Source of the DNA: an uncultured Candidatus Rokubacteria bacterium
GTDB lineage: Bacteria > Methylomirabilota > Methylomirabilia > Rokubacteriales > CSP1-6
Direction of reading: 5' to 3'
Length of the DNA stretch: 64,000 bases
Assembly (NCBI GenBank): GCA_963771355.1
Contig: CAVYTA010000006.1
Coordinates: 2,528,001 to 2,592,000, forward strand
Below the pieces are notes generated by a model. That model saw nothing but the letters and a program-made list of their open reading frames with translations, searched no databases and had not been told where the DNA came from. The stretch's first letter is position 1, and each line of letters opens with the position of its first letter. A program made the translations under genes and the position numbers. Positions 20,702-30,714 of the stretch are shown in pieces.

Positions 20702-22036
20702 CCCGCCTGCACCGTCTCCACCAGCCACTTCGCGGTGCGCAGGAGCCGGGCGTCGCCCAGCCGCGGCCCCACCAGCTGCACGCCCAGCGGCAGGCCGTTC
20801 TCGCCCTGCATGAGCGGGACGCTGAGCGCGGGCATCCCGCAGAGGGTCCACACCGAGTTGAAGGCGGGATCCCCCGTCGACTCGAGGCCGCGGGGCGCGG
20901 TGCCGCTGGCGGCGGGAGTGAGGATGGCGTCGTAACGCTGGCCGAACAGCTCCTCGAACCCGGCGTTCAGGGCCGGCCGTCGCGCGAGCGCCTGGAGGTA
21001 GTCGCGGGCGCGCACCTCGCGGCCGCGGGCGAGACGCTCCACCATGGAGGGCGAGAGCTGCGCGCGCCCACGCTCCCACGCCCAGTCGAGGTTCGCCGCC
21101 ATCTCCGAGTCGAGGATGAGCCGGTGCCACTCCAGCGCCTGGACTCACGGGCTCGCCGAGGTCCAGCTCCTCCACGCGATCGCCGAGAAAGTCCACCAGC
21201 TCCGCGAAGGCCTCGCGGGCGTCCCCGTCCACGTGCTCCCAGCGCGCCGTCTTCACGAAGGCGAAGAGCGGCGGGATGGGGGGCTCCGAGGCGGCGATCT
21301 CTCGGTAGCGCGGATACGCCGAGGCGCGCGAGTCGGGATCGCGCGCGTCGTACCCCACCAGCACCTCGGCCAGCAGCGCCACGTCCTCGAGGGTGCGCGC
21401 GAACACGCCCACGTGATCGAGCGAGCGCGAGAGCTGGAACATGCCGTGGCGCGAGATCAGGCCGTGGGTGGGCTTGAAGCCGAAGACGCCGCAGTAGGTG
21501 GCGGGCCGGATCACCGAACCGCCGGTCTGGCTGCCCACCGCCAGCGGCACCTGGCTCGCCGCCACCGCCGCCGCCGAGCCGCTGGAGGAGCCGCCGGGAG
21601 TATGCGCGGGGTTCACCGGATTGCGCGTCTTGCCCGGCGCGCGCGCGGCGAACTCGGTGGTCACCGTCTTGCCCAGGAGCACCGCGCCCGCCGCGCGCAG
21701 CCGCTCCACCACCGCGGCGTCCCGCGTGGGCACGCGGCCGGCGTGCAGCGGCGAGCCGTTCTCGGTCGGCATGTCCGCGGTGTCGATGATGTCCTTGAGG
21801 CCCACCGGCACCCCGTGGAGCGGTCCGGTGGGCGCGCCCGAGCGGCGCGCCTCGTCGGCCGCGCGCGCCTGCGCGAGCGCGTGCTCCGGATCCAGATAGG
21901 TCCAGGCCTGGAGCTCGGCTTCCGTCGCCTCCACCCGGGCCAGGCAGGCCTCGATCAGGGCGGTGGAGTCCAGCGCCCCTTCACGGATCAGGCGGGCGGC
22001 GGCGGCGGCGGACAGGCGGTGGAGGTCAGTTTCCGT
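20698..22036 (-). CDS. Amidase (GatA-like), frameshift near 21143, start codon uncertain
   Basis: GPLHGVPVGLKD, GGSSSGSAAA, GSQTGGSVIRPA. The C-terminus (GLPLGVQL) is in ORF 20698..21102. Confidence 0.85.
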
Positions 22037-24110
22037 AGAGGAATTCCGGCAGCCAGAGCGACATGCCCGGCCAGATGTACATGAACACGAGGCAGATGAG
22101 GACGATGATCATGTAGGGCATCATGCCGGCGAAGATCTGATTCAGGGTGACGTGCTTGGGTGAGACGCCCTTGAGATAGAACGCGGACATCGCCACCGGC
22201 GGCGACAGGAAGGCGGCCTGGAGGTTCACCGCCACCATGGTGCCGAAGAGGATGGGGTCGATCTGGAAGTGGCTCAGCAGCGGAATGAAGATCGGGCAGA
22301 AGATCACGAGGATCTCGGTCCACTCCAGCGGCCAGCCGAGCAGGAAGATGATGAGCTGGGACACGATCAGGAACCCCAGCGGCGAGAGGTTCCAGCTCAG
22401 CACCCAGCGCTCGATGAGCCCCTGGCCCCCGTGCAGCGCGAACACCGCGGAGAAGAGCGCGGAGCCCACGAAGAGCCAGCACACCATGGCGGTGGTCTTG
22501 GCGGTGAGGAAGGTGGACTGCTTGAGGTTCGTTCGCAGCTCCGGCGAAGTCCGGAGGTTCCACAGGAAGGGCACCACCGTGCCCAGGAAGGTCCCCCCGA
22601 TGAAGGCCGCCACCAGCATCGACGCGAAGGGCTCCCCCTCGTACCAGCCGAGCGCGAACCCCAGCACCGCGCCCACCAGGCTCCACCACCAGACCGATCG
22701 CGCGAAACGCGCCATCACCGCGAGATACAGCGCGCCCAGCGCGCCGATGCCCGCAGACTCGGTGGCGGTGCAGATGCCGAAGAGAATCACCGCCAGCACG
22801 ATGGCGGTGAGCACGCCGAGGGGCACCACGGAGGCGATGAGCTCCTTGAGGATCTGGAGCTGCTCGCCGTCCATGTGCCAGAAGTAGTACAGCAGCACCA
22901 AGGTGGAGGCGGCGGCCAGCCCCCAGAACCAGCCGTAGAAGTGCGCGGGGATCTTCCCCACGCCGGGGGCCGCGGTCGACGAGCGGAGCGAGGACATCTC
23001 CTCCGGCGGCCCCTCGGTCTTGGTACCCGAGGCCGCAGAGGGGGGATCGCCGGCGGCCCCGAGCTCCTGGGGCTTGTCGGAGTCGGGGGCCGAGGAGTCG
23101 CCCGCCGCGCCGAGCTCCTGCGGCTTCTCCTCCGCGGAAGGCGCGGGGGCTGGGGCCGTGGGCGCGAGCGGCGCCGGGGCGGTGATCGGCGCGGCCGGCG
23201 CCAGCGCCGCCGCCTTGGCGGCGACCGCCTCGGGCGCGTTGTAGACGACCACGTACCACCAGGCGGCGGCGAAGGTGCCCACCGTCAGCATGAGGGGCAC
23301 CGCCACCACGCCCACGCTGCGCATCAGCGCGCGATAGCCCAACCGGCGCGCGAGGGCGGGCCGGAAGAGGGCGGCGAGGAGCCCGGGCACCACGCTGCGT
23401 GAGGGCCCGCGCTCCAGCGCCCGCAGGTACTCGGGCACCTCCACGCGGTACTGGTCGGGGGGCAGCTTGGGCGCGATCTTCGGGTTGATGATCGCCCAGC
23501 CGAGGATGTAAACCAGGTAGAGGAAGGTGAGGAAGAAGCCCGGCAGCATGGCCGCCGCGTACAGCTTCACGATGGACTGGCCCGCCACCGCCGCGTAGAC
23601 GATGAGCATCACCGACGGCGGGATGAGGATCCCGAGCGTGCCCCCTGCGGTGATGGCTCCCGCGGCCAGCCGCACGTCGTAGCCGGCGTTGAGCATGGGG
23701 CGCATGGCGATGACACCCATGAGCACCACCACCGCGCCCACGATGCCGGAGGCGATGCCCCAGAAGGCGCAGACCAGGAGGGTGGTCACCGCCAGTGAGG
23801 CCGGCACGCGCCGGAAGGCGAGCTGCACGCTGTGGAACATGCGGTCCACCAGCGCGGCGCGCTCCATGATGTAGCCCATGAAGACGAAGAGCGGGATGGA
23901 CAGCAGCGTGTCGTTGGTCATCACGCCATAGGTCCGCTGCACGATGAGGTCGAACGCGCGGTTGTCGTACCAGTGCTGGCCGGGAGTCCAGAAGGCGATG
24001 AAGCCGAAGATCATCCCCAGGCCCATGAGCGTGAAGGCGGTGGGGAATCCCATCATGATCGCCACCACGATGAGGCAGAGCATGGTGAGCCCGAGAGACG
24101 GATCGCTCAC
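22026..24110 (-). CDS. dctM: TRAP large permease DctM with large insertions (694 aa)
   Basis: IPLFVFMG, GGTLGILIPPS, TATES, FLSPPVA. Confidence 0.9.
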   Translation of the reverse strand: MSDPSLGLTMLCLIVVAIMMGFPTAFTLMGLGMIFGFIAFWTPGQHWYDNRAFDLIVQRTYGVMTNDTLLSIPLFVFMGYIMERAALVDRMFHSVQLAFRRVPASLAVTTLLVCAFWGIASGIVGAVVVLMGVIAMRPMLNAGYDVRLAAGAITAGGTLGILIPPSVMLIVYAAVAGQSIVKLYAAAMLPGFFLTFLYLVYILGWAIINPKIAPKLPPDQYRVEVPEYLRALERGPSRSVVPGLLAALFRPALARRLGYRALMRSVGVVAVPLMLTVGTFAAAWWYVVVYNAPEAVAAKAAALAPAAPITAPAPLAPTAPAPAPSAEEKPQELGAAGDSSAPDSDKPQELGAAGDPPSAASGTKTEGPPEEMSSLRSSTAAPGVGKIPAHFYGWFWGLAAASTLVLLYYFWHMDGEQLQILKELIASVVPLGVLTAIVLAVILFGICTATESAGIGALGALYLAVMARFARSVWWWSLVGAVLGFALGWYEGEPFASMLVAAFIGGTFLGTVVPFLWNLRTSPELRTNLKQSTFLTAKTTAMVCWLFVGSALFSAVFALHGGQGLIERWVLSWNLSPLGFLIVSQLIIFLLGWPLEWTEILVIFCPIFIPLLSHFQIDPILFGTMVAVNLQAAFLSPPVAMSAFYLKGVSPKHVTLNQIFAGMMPYMIIVLICLVFMYIWPGMSLWLPEFLYGN

Positions 24111-24814
24111 GGCTTCTTTCGCCCGTCGTCCTCGGGGGCCTTGTCGTGCACGATCTCCTCATCCATCACGCTGCGGTGGCGGGCGGCGTCGTCGATGGCC
24201 TTGGCGCCCTCCATGACGGCGAGCCGTGACTCCTCGTCCACGTACTGGCTGTGCCCGAGCTGGGTGTCGAGCACGTCGATCTCCTCGACGTCCTCGAGCC
24301 GCGGCGGCCAGGCCCCGGTGCGCAGGCAGACGACGCAGCGGAGGATTTCCGCGAGCCCCTGCAGCATCACCAGCGCGCCCGCGAGCGGGATCACCGCCTT
24401 GAACTGGTACACCGGCGGCCCTTCCGCGGTGACGGTGGAGTGCTCGCCGATGCGCCAGGAGTCGGCGGCGAAGCCCGCCCCCGCGTAGATCAGGCCCAGG
24501 ATTCCGGGGATGAAGAAGAGGAGGTAGAGCGCCAGGTCCAGGGCCGCCTGGCCCCGCGGCTTCATGTAGATGTACACGAAGTCCGCGCGCACGTGGCCGG
24601 CGGCGGCCAGCGTATAGGCGCCGCACATCATGAACAGCGTGCCGTACAGCATGCTGTTGAAATCGTAGATCCACGCGGTGGGCGCGTTGAGGATGTACCG
24701 CTTGAAGACCTCGATGGAGACGACGAAGGTCAGGGCGACGATCAGCCAGGCGAAGATCTTGCCGGACGCGTAGCTGATGGAGTCGACGATGCGGAGGAGG
24801 CGCGCGGCGCTCAT
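24107..24814 (-). CDS. dctQ: TRAP small permease DctQ
   Basis: EVFKRY..NAPT.W, GHVRADF. Confidence 0.9.
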   Translation of the reverse strand: MSAARLLRIVDSISYASGKIFAWLIVALTFVVSIEVFKRYILNAPTAWIYDFNSMLYGTLFMMCGAYTLAAAGHVRADFVYIYMKPRGQAALDLALYLLFFIPGILGLIYAGAGFAADSWRIGEHSTVTAEGPPVYQFKAVIPLAGALVMLQGLAEILRCVVCLRTGAWPPRLEDVEEIDVLDTQLGHSQYVDEESRLAVMEGAKAIDDAARHRSVMDEEIVHDKAPEDDGRKKP

Positions 24815-24889
24815 GGCCGGTGGGGCCGGGCCGGCCGCCCGACGATCGCCGGATGGCCGACCCGATGGAACGGCGGGAGTCACGTGTCG

Positions 24890-26023
24890 CTAGCTCTTCT
24901 TGGGCCCGAAGTAGTGGTTGTAGGCCATGCGGCGGGACACGTTGGTGTCCAGGTCCCACTTGACCGCCCGGGCCGCGAACACCTTCTGCGACTCGGCGAT
25001 CTCCTTGAAGAGCGGGTTGTCCGCGGACTTCTTGTCCGCCACCGTGTCGTAGATTTCGAGCTGCTTCTGCAGCACGGAATCGGGCGTCTTGTAGAAGCGC
25101 ACCTTGTCCTTGGTCTGGAGCTCGATGTAGTCCTTCGAGTAGCGGTCGATGGCCTTCCAGGACATGTCGGCGGAGGCCGCCTCCACCGCATTCTCGATGA
25201 TGGCCTTCATCTTGTCCGGCAGGGCGTCGAACTTGGTCTTGTTGAACGTGATCTCGAGCTGCTCGGCGTTCTGGTGATAGCTCTGCAGCATGCACACCTT
25301 GGAGACGTCGGCGAAGCCGAGGATGCGGTCCGAGGAGGCATTGTTGAACTCGGCCGCGTCGAGGAGGCCTCGGTCCATGGCGGGCACGATCTCGCCGCCG
25401 GGCAGCGCGTTCACGGCCGCCCCCAGCCCCGTGAACACGTCGATGGAGATACCCACCGTCCGGAACTTGAGGCCCTTGAGGTCATCGGCCTTGGTGATGG
25501 GCTTCTTGAACCAACCCAGTGGCTGGGTCGCCATCGGGCCATACGGGAAGGACACCACGTTCATCCCGATGGAGGCGTAGAGCTTCTGGAGCAGCTGCTT
25601 GCCCCCGCCGTACTTGTGCCAGGACAGCAGCATGTTGGCGTCCATGCCGTAGCCGGGGCCCGAGCCCCAGAGGGCCAGCGCGGTCTGCTTGCCGTAGTGG
25701 TACACGAGCACGCCATGGCCGCCGTCGAGCGTGCCCTTGGACACCGCGTCGATGAGGCCGAAGGCCGGCACCACCGCGCCCGCCGGCAGCACCTCGATCT
25801 TGAGGTCGCCGCCGGTCATGTCGTTCACCTTCTTGGCGAAATCGTTCGCGTACTCGTGGAAGATGTCCTTCTGCGGCCACGTGCTTTGCCAGCGCATGCT
25901 GATGGGGCCTTGCGCCTTCACCACGGTGGGGAAGGTGAGCGCGGCCACGCCGGCGGCGGCAGCGGCGGCGCCCTTGAGGAACCGGCGACGCGGGGCTTGG
26001 AGAGCGGATTGCGTATCACTCAT
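24890..26023 (-). CDS. dctP: TRAP substrate-binding protein (TakP-like, Tat signal)
   Basis: RRRFLK Tat motif, WQSTWP, GWFKKPI..DDLKGLKFR; AGGAGG RBS. Confidence 0.92.
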   Translation of the reverse strand: MSDTQSALQAPRRRFLKGAAAAAAGVAALTFPTVVKAQGPISMRWQSTWPQKDIFHEYANDFAKKVNDMTGGDLKIEVLPAGAVVPAFGLIDAVSKGTLDGGHGVLVYHYGKQTALALWGSGPGYGMDANMLLSWHKYGGGKQLLQKLYASIGMNVVSFPYGPMATQPLGWFKKPITKADDLKGLKFRTVGISIDVFTGLGAAVNALPGGEIVPAMDRGLLDAAEFNNASSDRILGFADVSKVCMLQSYHQNAEQLEITFNKTKFDALPDKMKAIIENAVEAASADMSWKAIDRYSKDYIELQTKDKVRFYKTPDSVLQKQLEIYDTVADKKSADNPLFKEIAESQKVFAARAVKWDLDTNVSRRMAYNHYFGPKKS

Positions 26024-26227
26024 GGTGACGCCTCCTGGGGTCGGTCGTTGAAGTGGCCACATTGCGACTCCGAGCGATTCCGACGCAAAGCCCGGCTCCT
26101 CTCTTGCGGAGGGCTCCTTGGGCCGGTCCGGTCGGACCATCGAGCCAGCGGCAATTTTACAGGCCGCTGCCCCTCCAGGTAAAGGCTCTTGAAGGCTATA
26201 ATGGCGTCCCCGAAAGGAGAGTTCCCC

Positions 26228-27067
26228 ATGAGAGCCCTGGCCGAGCGGATGAACGCGCTATGCGATGCCCTGCCCTTCCAGACCAGCTGGTACCTCCAGA
26301 GCCTCGGCACCGGCGAGCGGGCGGACCGGCTGGGCGACCTCCCCGTGCCGTCCGCCAGCACGCGCAAGATCTCCATCCTCATGGCGGCGCTCAAGGCCGT
26401 GGCCGACGGCAAGCTCGCCCTCGACCAGAAAGTGACCGTGGACGCCCGGTATCAGGACAATGATTCCGGGACCTTCCAGCACCTCACCCCCGGCTTCTGG
26501 ATCACCCTCCGCGACGCCCTGGTGATGATGATCATCGTGAGCGACAACACCTGCACCGGGACGGTGGTGGACCTGGTGGGGCTGGGGGAGATACAGCGCC
26601 TGTGCGAGTCGGTCGGGATGTCTCGCACGGTCCACCGTTACGGCATCCCGCCGCGGCTGCCCGCCGATCACGGGCTCGAGCAAGTCACCTCCACCACCCC
26701 GCGCGACCAGGGACTGCTCCTGGACCTCATGCTCCGCGGGGCGGACGACACCGCGACGGCCGCGCAGCTGGGCTCGACCCCCGCACTCTGCCGGCTGGGG
26801 CTGGACATCCTGTCGTGGCAGAAGCTCAAGACCCGCCTGCCCTCGCTCTTGCCGCTGGGCACCAAGGTCGCGCACAAGACGGGGACGGGCTCGCGCGGCT
26901 ACATGGATGCCGGCATCGTCTACAAGGAGGGCCGCCCGCTCTTCATCCTCACCGCCTATACGGACGGCGTGCCCGCCGCGCTGCCCGACGGCATGCCCGG
27001 CTTCGCCGCCGCCAACCAGGTCATCGGCCGCATGGCGCGGCTGGCCTGGGACGACCTCGGGGGCTGA
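26228..27067 (+). CDS. Class A beta-lactamase-fold serine hydrolase
   Basis: SxxK (STRK), SDN, HKTG; AAGGAG RBS; TATAAT at 26197-26202; no signal peptide. Confidence 0.85.
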   Translation: MRALAERMNALCDALPFQTSWYLQSLGTGERADRLGDLPVPSASTRKISILMAALKAVADGKLALDQKVTVDARYQDNDSGTFQHLTPGFWITLRDALVMMIIVSDNTCTGTVVDLVGLGEIQRLCESVGMSRTVHRYGIPPRLPADHGLEQVTSTTPRDQGLLLDLMLRGADDTATAAQLGSTPALCRLGLDILSWQKLKTRLPSLLPLGTKVAHKTGTGSRGYMDAGIVYKEGRPLFILTAYTDGVPAALPDGMPGFAAANQVIGRMARLAWDDLGG

Positions 27068-27073
27068 GCGGGG

Positions 27074-28103
27074 CTAGCTCGTCTTCCCCGCGTAGCCCTG
27101 GCGGTGGAAGTAGTTGGCGTTGTAGAAGGCCAGGACGAGGTCGCGGTAGACGGCGGGGGGATAGCGCGGCGGATCATCCGCGCTCGTGCAGCTCGGCACG
27201 CATTCGATGACCGAGTCCACGTTGGGGCTGTAGAAGAAGGCGATGGAGTAGCGGTCGTTCCCCGAGTCGTTGAGCACCCCGTGCGGGGTCGAGTGGAAGC
27301 GGTCGTTGGACCACCGCTTCATCATGTTGCCCAGGTTGACCAGGAAGGTCCCCTCGATCAGGGGCGGCGCCAGCCACTCCCCGCTGGGCAGCCGCACCGC
27401 CAGCCCCGGCACCTCGGTGCGCGCCAGGATGGTGATGAAGGAGTTGTCGGTGTGCGGCCCCTGCCCGAACTGCTCGTCGTCCTCCACCTCCTGCGGCGGG
27501 TAGTGCAGGAAGCGCAGGTTGATGTGCGCCTCGCCGGCGAAGAAGGGCGCGAACCAGTCGGCGGGCAGGTCCAGCGCGCGGGCGAGCACGGGCAGCATCT
27601 TCTCGCCCACCGCTTCCAGCGTGGTGAAGTAGGCGACCATGGCCGCCCGCATCTCGGCCATGGCCCGCCGGCCACTGGTTGCGGCCGCGGAGCGTCTCGC
27701 CGTTCACGATGGCGGGATGGTCGGGCCCGCGGTCGTGGCTGATGAAGAAGCTCTCGTTGTAGTTCGGCCGGGTGGCCTTGTGGACGGTGGAGGCGCCCTG
27801 GATGCTCTCGTTGGGCGCGAGGTAGCCGATATTGTTCTCGTTGATGGCGAGGCCCCGCTTGACCGCGTCGGGCAGCGCGTGGAACTCGCGGGAGGCGGCG
27901 AAGGCCGCGTCCACCACCGCGTCCGGCACGCCGTGGCCGGCCAGGTAGAAGAACCCGATCTCCTCGCTGGCGCGCCGCACCTGCCGGGCCACCGCCTCGA
28001 GCCCGCCCGGCTCGCCGCGGAACGCGGGGCCGAAGTCGATCACGGGGATCGCCCGCGTCACCGCCTCGGGGTCCTTCACCGCCATCGCCTTGAAGATATT
28101 CAT
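27074..28103 (-). CDS. 2-oxoglutarate/Fe(II) oxygenase (IPNS-like family), frameshift near 27662
   Basis: IPVIDF, GFFYL.GHG, RFLHYP, HTD, STPH, RYSIAFF split over two frames. Confidence 0.87.
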
Positions 28104-28142
28104 CACGCCTCCCGTGAGCGGCCGGCTGGCCCGGCCGCCCCG

Positions 28143-28212
28143 AGCATACGCCGCCCCCGCTGCCGTTGCCAAGCCCGCCGCCGTTGCCAAGGCAGAAGCG
28201 CTGGTCTATTCT
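28143..28212. promoter_or_regulatory. Back-to-back divergent promoters built on an 18-bp tandem repeat
   Basis: Repeat CCCGC(T/C)GCCGTTGCCAAG at 28156-28173 and 28174-28191. Plus strand TTGCCA-N17-TATTCT; minus strand TTGGCA-N18-TATGCT. Confidence 0.55.
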
Positions 28213-28258
28213 CGGGGCCCGAGAAGCCTGAACCCACCCCCGCGTCGGAGGACCGAGC

Positions 28259-29098
28259 ATGGCAGCAGCGGTGAACTGGCCCGGCGGCGCGCGCTGCGCC
28301 ATCATGATGACCTTCGACCTCGACGGCGAGAGCCCGTGGATACACCGCGACGCCGCCCTCGCCGACCGGCCCCTGCACATGTCCATGGGCGCCTATGGCC
28401 CCAAGACCGGGATGCCCCGGATCCTCGACGTGCTGGACCGCTACGGGCTCAAGACCTGCATCTTCATCCCCGGCTGGATCGTCGAGCGCTACCCCGCGCT
28501 CTGCGAGGAGGTGTTACGCCGCGGGCACGAGGTCGGCCATCACGGCTACCTGCACGAGAAGCCCTTCTTCATGAAGAGCCGCGAGGAGGAGGAGGAGCTC
28601 CTCGTCAAGAGCCTCGACATCTTCAAGAAGATCCTGGGCGTCAAGCCGCTGGGCTCACGCTCGCCCTCCGCCGACCCGAGCCACCACACCATGGCGTTGC
28701 TCAAGCAGCACGGCTTCCTCTATCACAGCAATGCGCTGGATACCGACCTGCCCTACTGCCACGACACACCCCACGGCCCGCTCGTCGAGTTCCCGACCGC
28801 CTGGTGCAACAACGACGCGCCCTTCTTCATGTTCAGCGCGGTGCCGCCGGTCGGGCACGGCATCTGGAGCCAGCAAGACGTGTGGGAGATCTGGTCGGAG
28901 GAGTTCGAGGGCATGTACGCGGAGGGCGGCTTCTTCAACTGGCTCGGCCACCCGCAGATCATCGGCCGGCCCTCCCGGATGCGCATGGTGGAGCGGCTGA
29001 TCCAGCGCATCCTCGGCAAGAAGGACGTGTGGTGGCCCACTCCGGTGGACCTCGCGCGGTTCTGGCTGGCGCAGAGCCAGCCCGCCACGCGCGCCTGA
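28259..29098 (+). CDS. Polysaccharide deacetylase family (PuuE/PgdA-like CE4)
   Basis: TFDLD, HEVGHHGYLH, GSRSP, GHPQIIGRPSR. Confidence 0.88.
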   Translation: MAAAVNWPGGARCAIMMTFDLDGESPWIHRDAALADRPLHMSMGAYGPKTGMPRILDVLDRYGLKTCIFIPGWIVERYPALCEEVLRRGHEVGHHGYLHEKPFFMKSREEEEELLVKSLDIFKKILGVKPLGSRSPSADPSHHTMALLKQHGFLYHSNALDTDLPYCHDTPHGPLVEFPTAWCNNDAPFFMFSAVPPVGHGIWSQQDVWEIWSEEFEGMYAEGGFFNWLGHPQIIGRPSRMRMVERLIQRILGKKDVWWPTPVDLARFWLAQSQPATRA

Positions 29099-29794
29099 TG
29101 GCGGCCGGCCGCCTGGAGGGACGGGTCGCCCTCGTCACCGGGGCGAGCCGCGGCTTCGGCCGCGCCATCGCCCTGGCCTTCGCCCGCGAGGGCGCCCGGC
29201 TCGTCGCGAACTTCTTCGCCAGCGAGCGCGAGGGGAAGGAGGTGGCCGCGGAGGCGGGCCGCCTGGGGGCAGAGGCCATCGCGCTGGGCGGGGACGTGTC
29301 CCGCGAGGACGACGCGCGCGCCCTCGTCAAGGGGACGCTCGACCGCTTCGGGCGCCTCGACATCCTCGTCAACAATGCCGGCATCATGGTGGGGGCCGCG
29401 ACTCCGCGGACGGCACCGGCGCATGCCACGTGACGGCAACGGCCGCATCATCAACCTCTCCTCCCAGCTCGCCCAGCGCGCGGTGGGCGGGGGCGGCTTT
29501 GCCGCCTACGCCGCCACCAAGGGCGCCATCGAGTCGCTCACCCGCGCGCTGGCCTCGGAGGTGGGCGGCCACGGCATCACCGTGAACGCGATCGCGCCGG
29601 GCGGCATCGAGACCGACATGAGCAAGGACGTGATGACGCCGGAGTACCGCGCGCGGCGGCTGGCCGAGTTGCCGCTCCGCCGGTTCGGCGACGTGGCCGA
29701 CGTGGCCTACTGCGCGGTGGTGCTGGCCGCCGACGAGGCCGGCTATCTCACCGGCCAGATCCTGCATCCGAGCGGCGGCTGGGTCAGCGGCTGA
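29098..29794 (+). pseudogene. SDR oxidoreductase with internal deletion and frameshift near 29400
   Basis: TGASRGFG and NNAG in one frame; GRIINLSS, YAATK and VNAIAPG in another. The helix between them (about 30 aa) is missing. Confidence 0.75.
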
Positions 29795-29820
29795 GCCGCC
29801 TCGCCGACAAGGAGAGCTCC

Positions 29821-30714
29821 ATGCGCTACCGGTGGCCGGATGGCAAGCAGTCCGCCGCGGTCCTGTCCTTCGACTTCGACGCCGAGTCGGGCTTTCTCTT
29901 CCGCGAGCCCGAGAAGGCGAAGCGGAGCCTGGGCGATCTCGAGGAGCGCCGCTTCGGCCCGCGCGTGGGCGTGGATCGCATCCTGCGGCTGATGGACCGG
30001 CTCAAGCTGAAGGCGAGCTTCTACATCCCCGGCTGGACGGTAGAGAACCACCGGGCGCCCTCCCTCCGCATCCGCGACGCCGGCCACGAGGTCGGCGCCC
30101 ACGGCAACGTGCACGAGGCGGTGAGCTTTCTCGACGCGACCCAGGAAGAGGAGATCATGCGCCAGCAGCTCGCGATCCTGAAGTCAGGGCTCGGCGTCAC
30201 TCCGGCGGGCTATCGCTCGCCGTCGTGGGACGTCAATACCTGGACCCCGGGCATCCTCAAGCGCCACGGTTTTCTCTACGACTCCTCCCTCATGGGCAAT
30301 GACGTGCCCTACGAGGTGCCCAGCGAGGAGGGTCCGCTGATCGAGCTGCCCATCCAGTGGCTGCTCGACGACGCGCCGCTCTTCCGCCACGTGTACGGCT
30401 CGACCAATGCCATCGCCGATCCCGGGCGGGTGCTCCAGATGTGGAGCAAGGAGTTCGCGGCCATGCACGCGGAAAATGGCTGCTTCATCCTCACCTGCCA
30501 TCCCTTCGTGAGCGGGCGGGCCTCCCGCGTCCAGCTCCTGGAGGACCTCGTGGGCTTCATGCGGAAGTTCCGGGGCGTGTGGTTCACCACCTGCGAGGAG
30601 ATCGCGCGCTGGCACGCGAGCGGGAACGGCCGGGTGGACTCGCCCAACGGGAGGTCCGCGGCGGCGAAGCGGCCGCCGGCTAGCCGGCGCCGGGCGGCGC
30701 GGGCGCGTCGCTGA
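29821..30714 (+). CDS. Polysaccharide deacetylase family (PuuE/PgdA-like CE4)
   Basis: SFDFD, HEVGAHGNVH, GYRSP, YDSSLM, CHPFVSGR. Confidence 0.88.
   Translation: MRYRWPDGKQSAAVLSFDFDAESGFLFREPEKAKRSLGDLEERRFGPRVGVDRILRLMDRLKLKASFYIPGWTVENHRAPSLRIRDAGHEVGAHGNVHEAVSFLDATQEEEIMRQQLAILKSGLGVTPAGYRSPSWDVNTWTPGILKRHGFLYDSSLMGNDVPYEVPSEEGPLIELPIQWLLDDAPLFRHVYGSTNAIADPGRVLQMWSKEFAAMHAENGCFILTCHPFVSGRASRVQLLEDLVGFMRKFRGVWFTTCEEIARWHASGNGRVDSPNGRSAAAKRPPASRRRAARARR

Noticed and set aside
21993..22010. GGC trinucleotide run
   Set aside because: Encodes poly-Ala in the amidase N-terminus; unremarkable at this GC
26054..26065. TGGCCACATTGC as a sigma54 promoter
   Set aside because: GG-to-GC spacing is too short for a -24/-12 element
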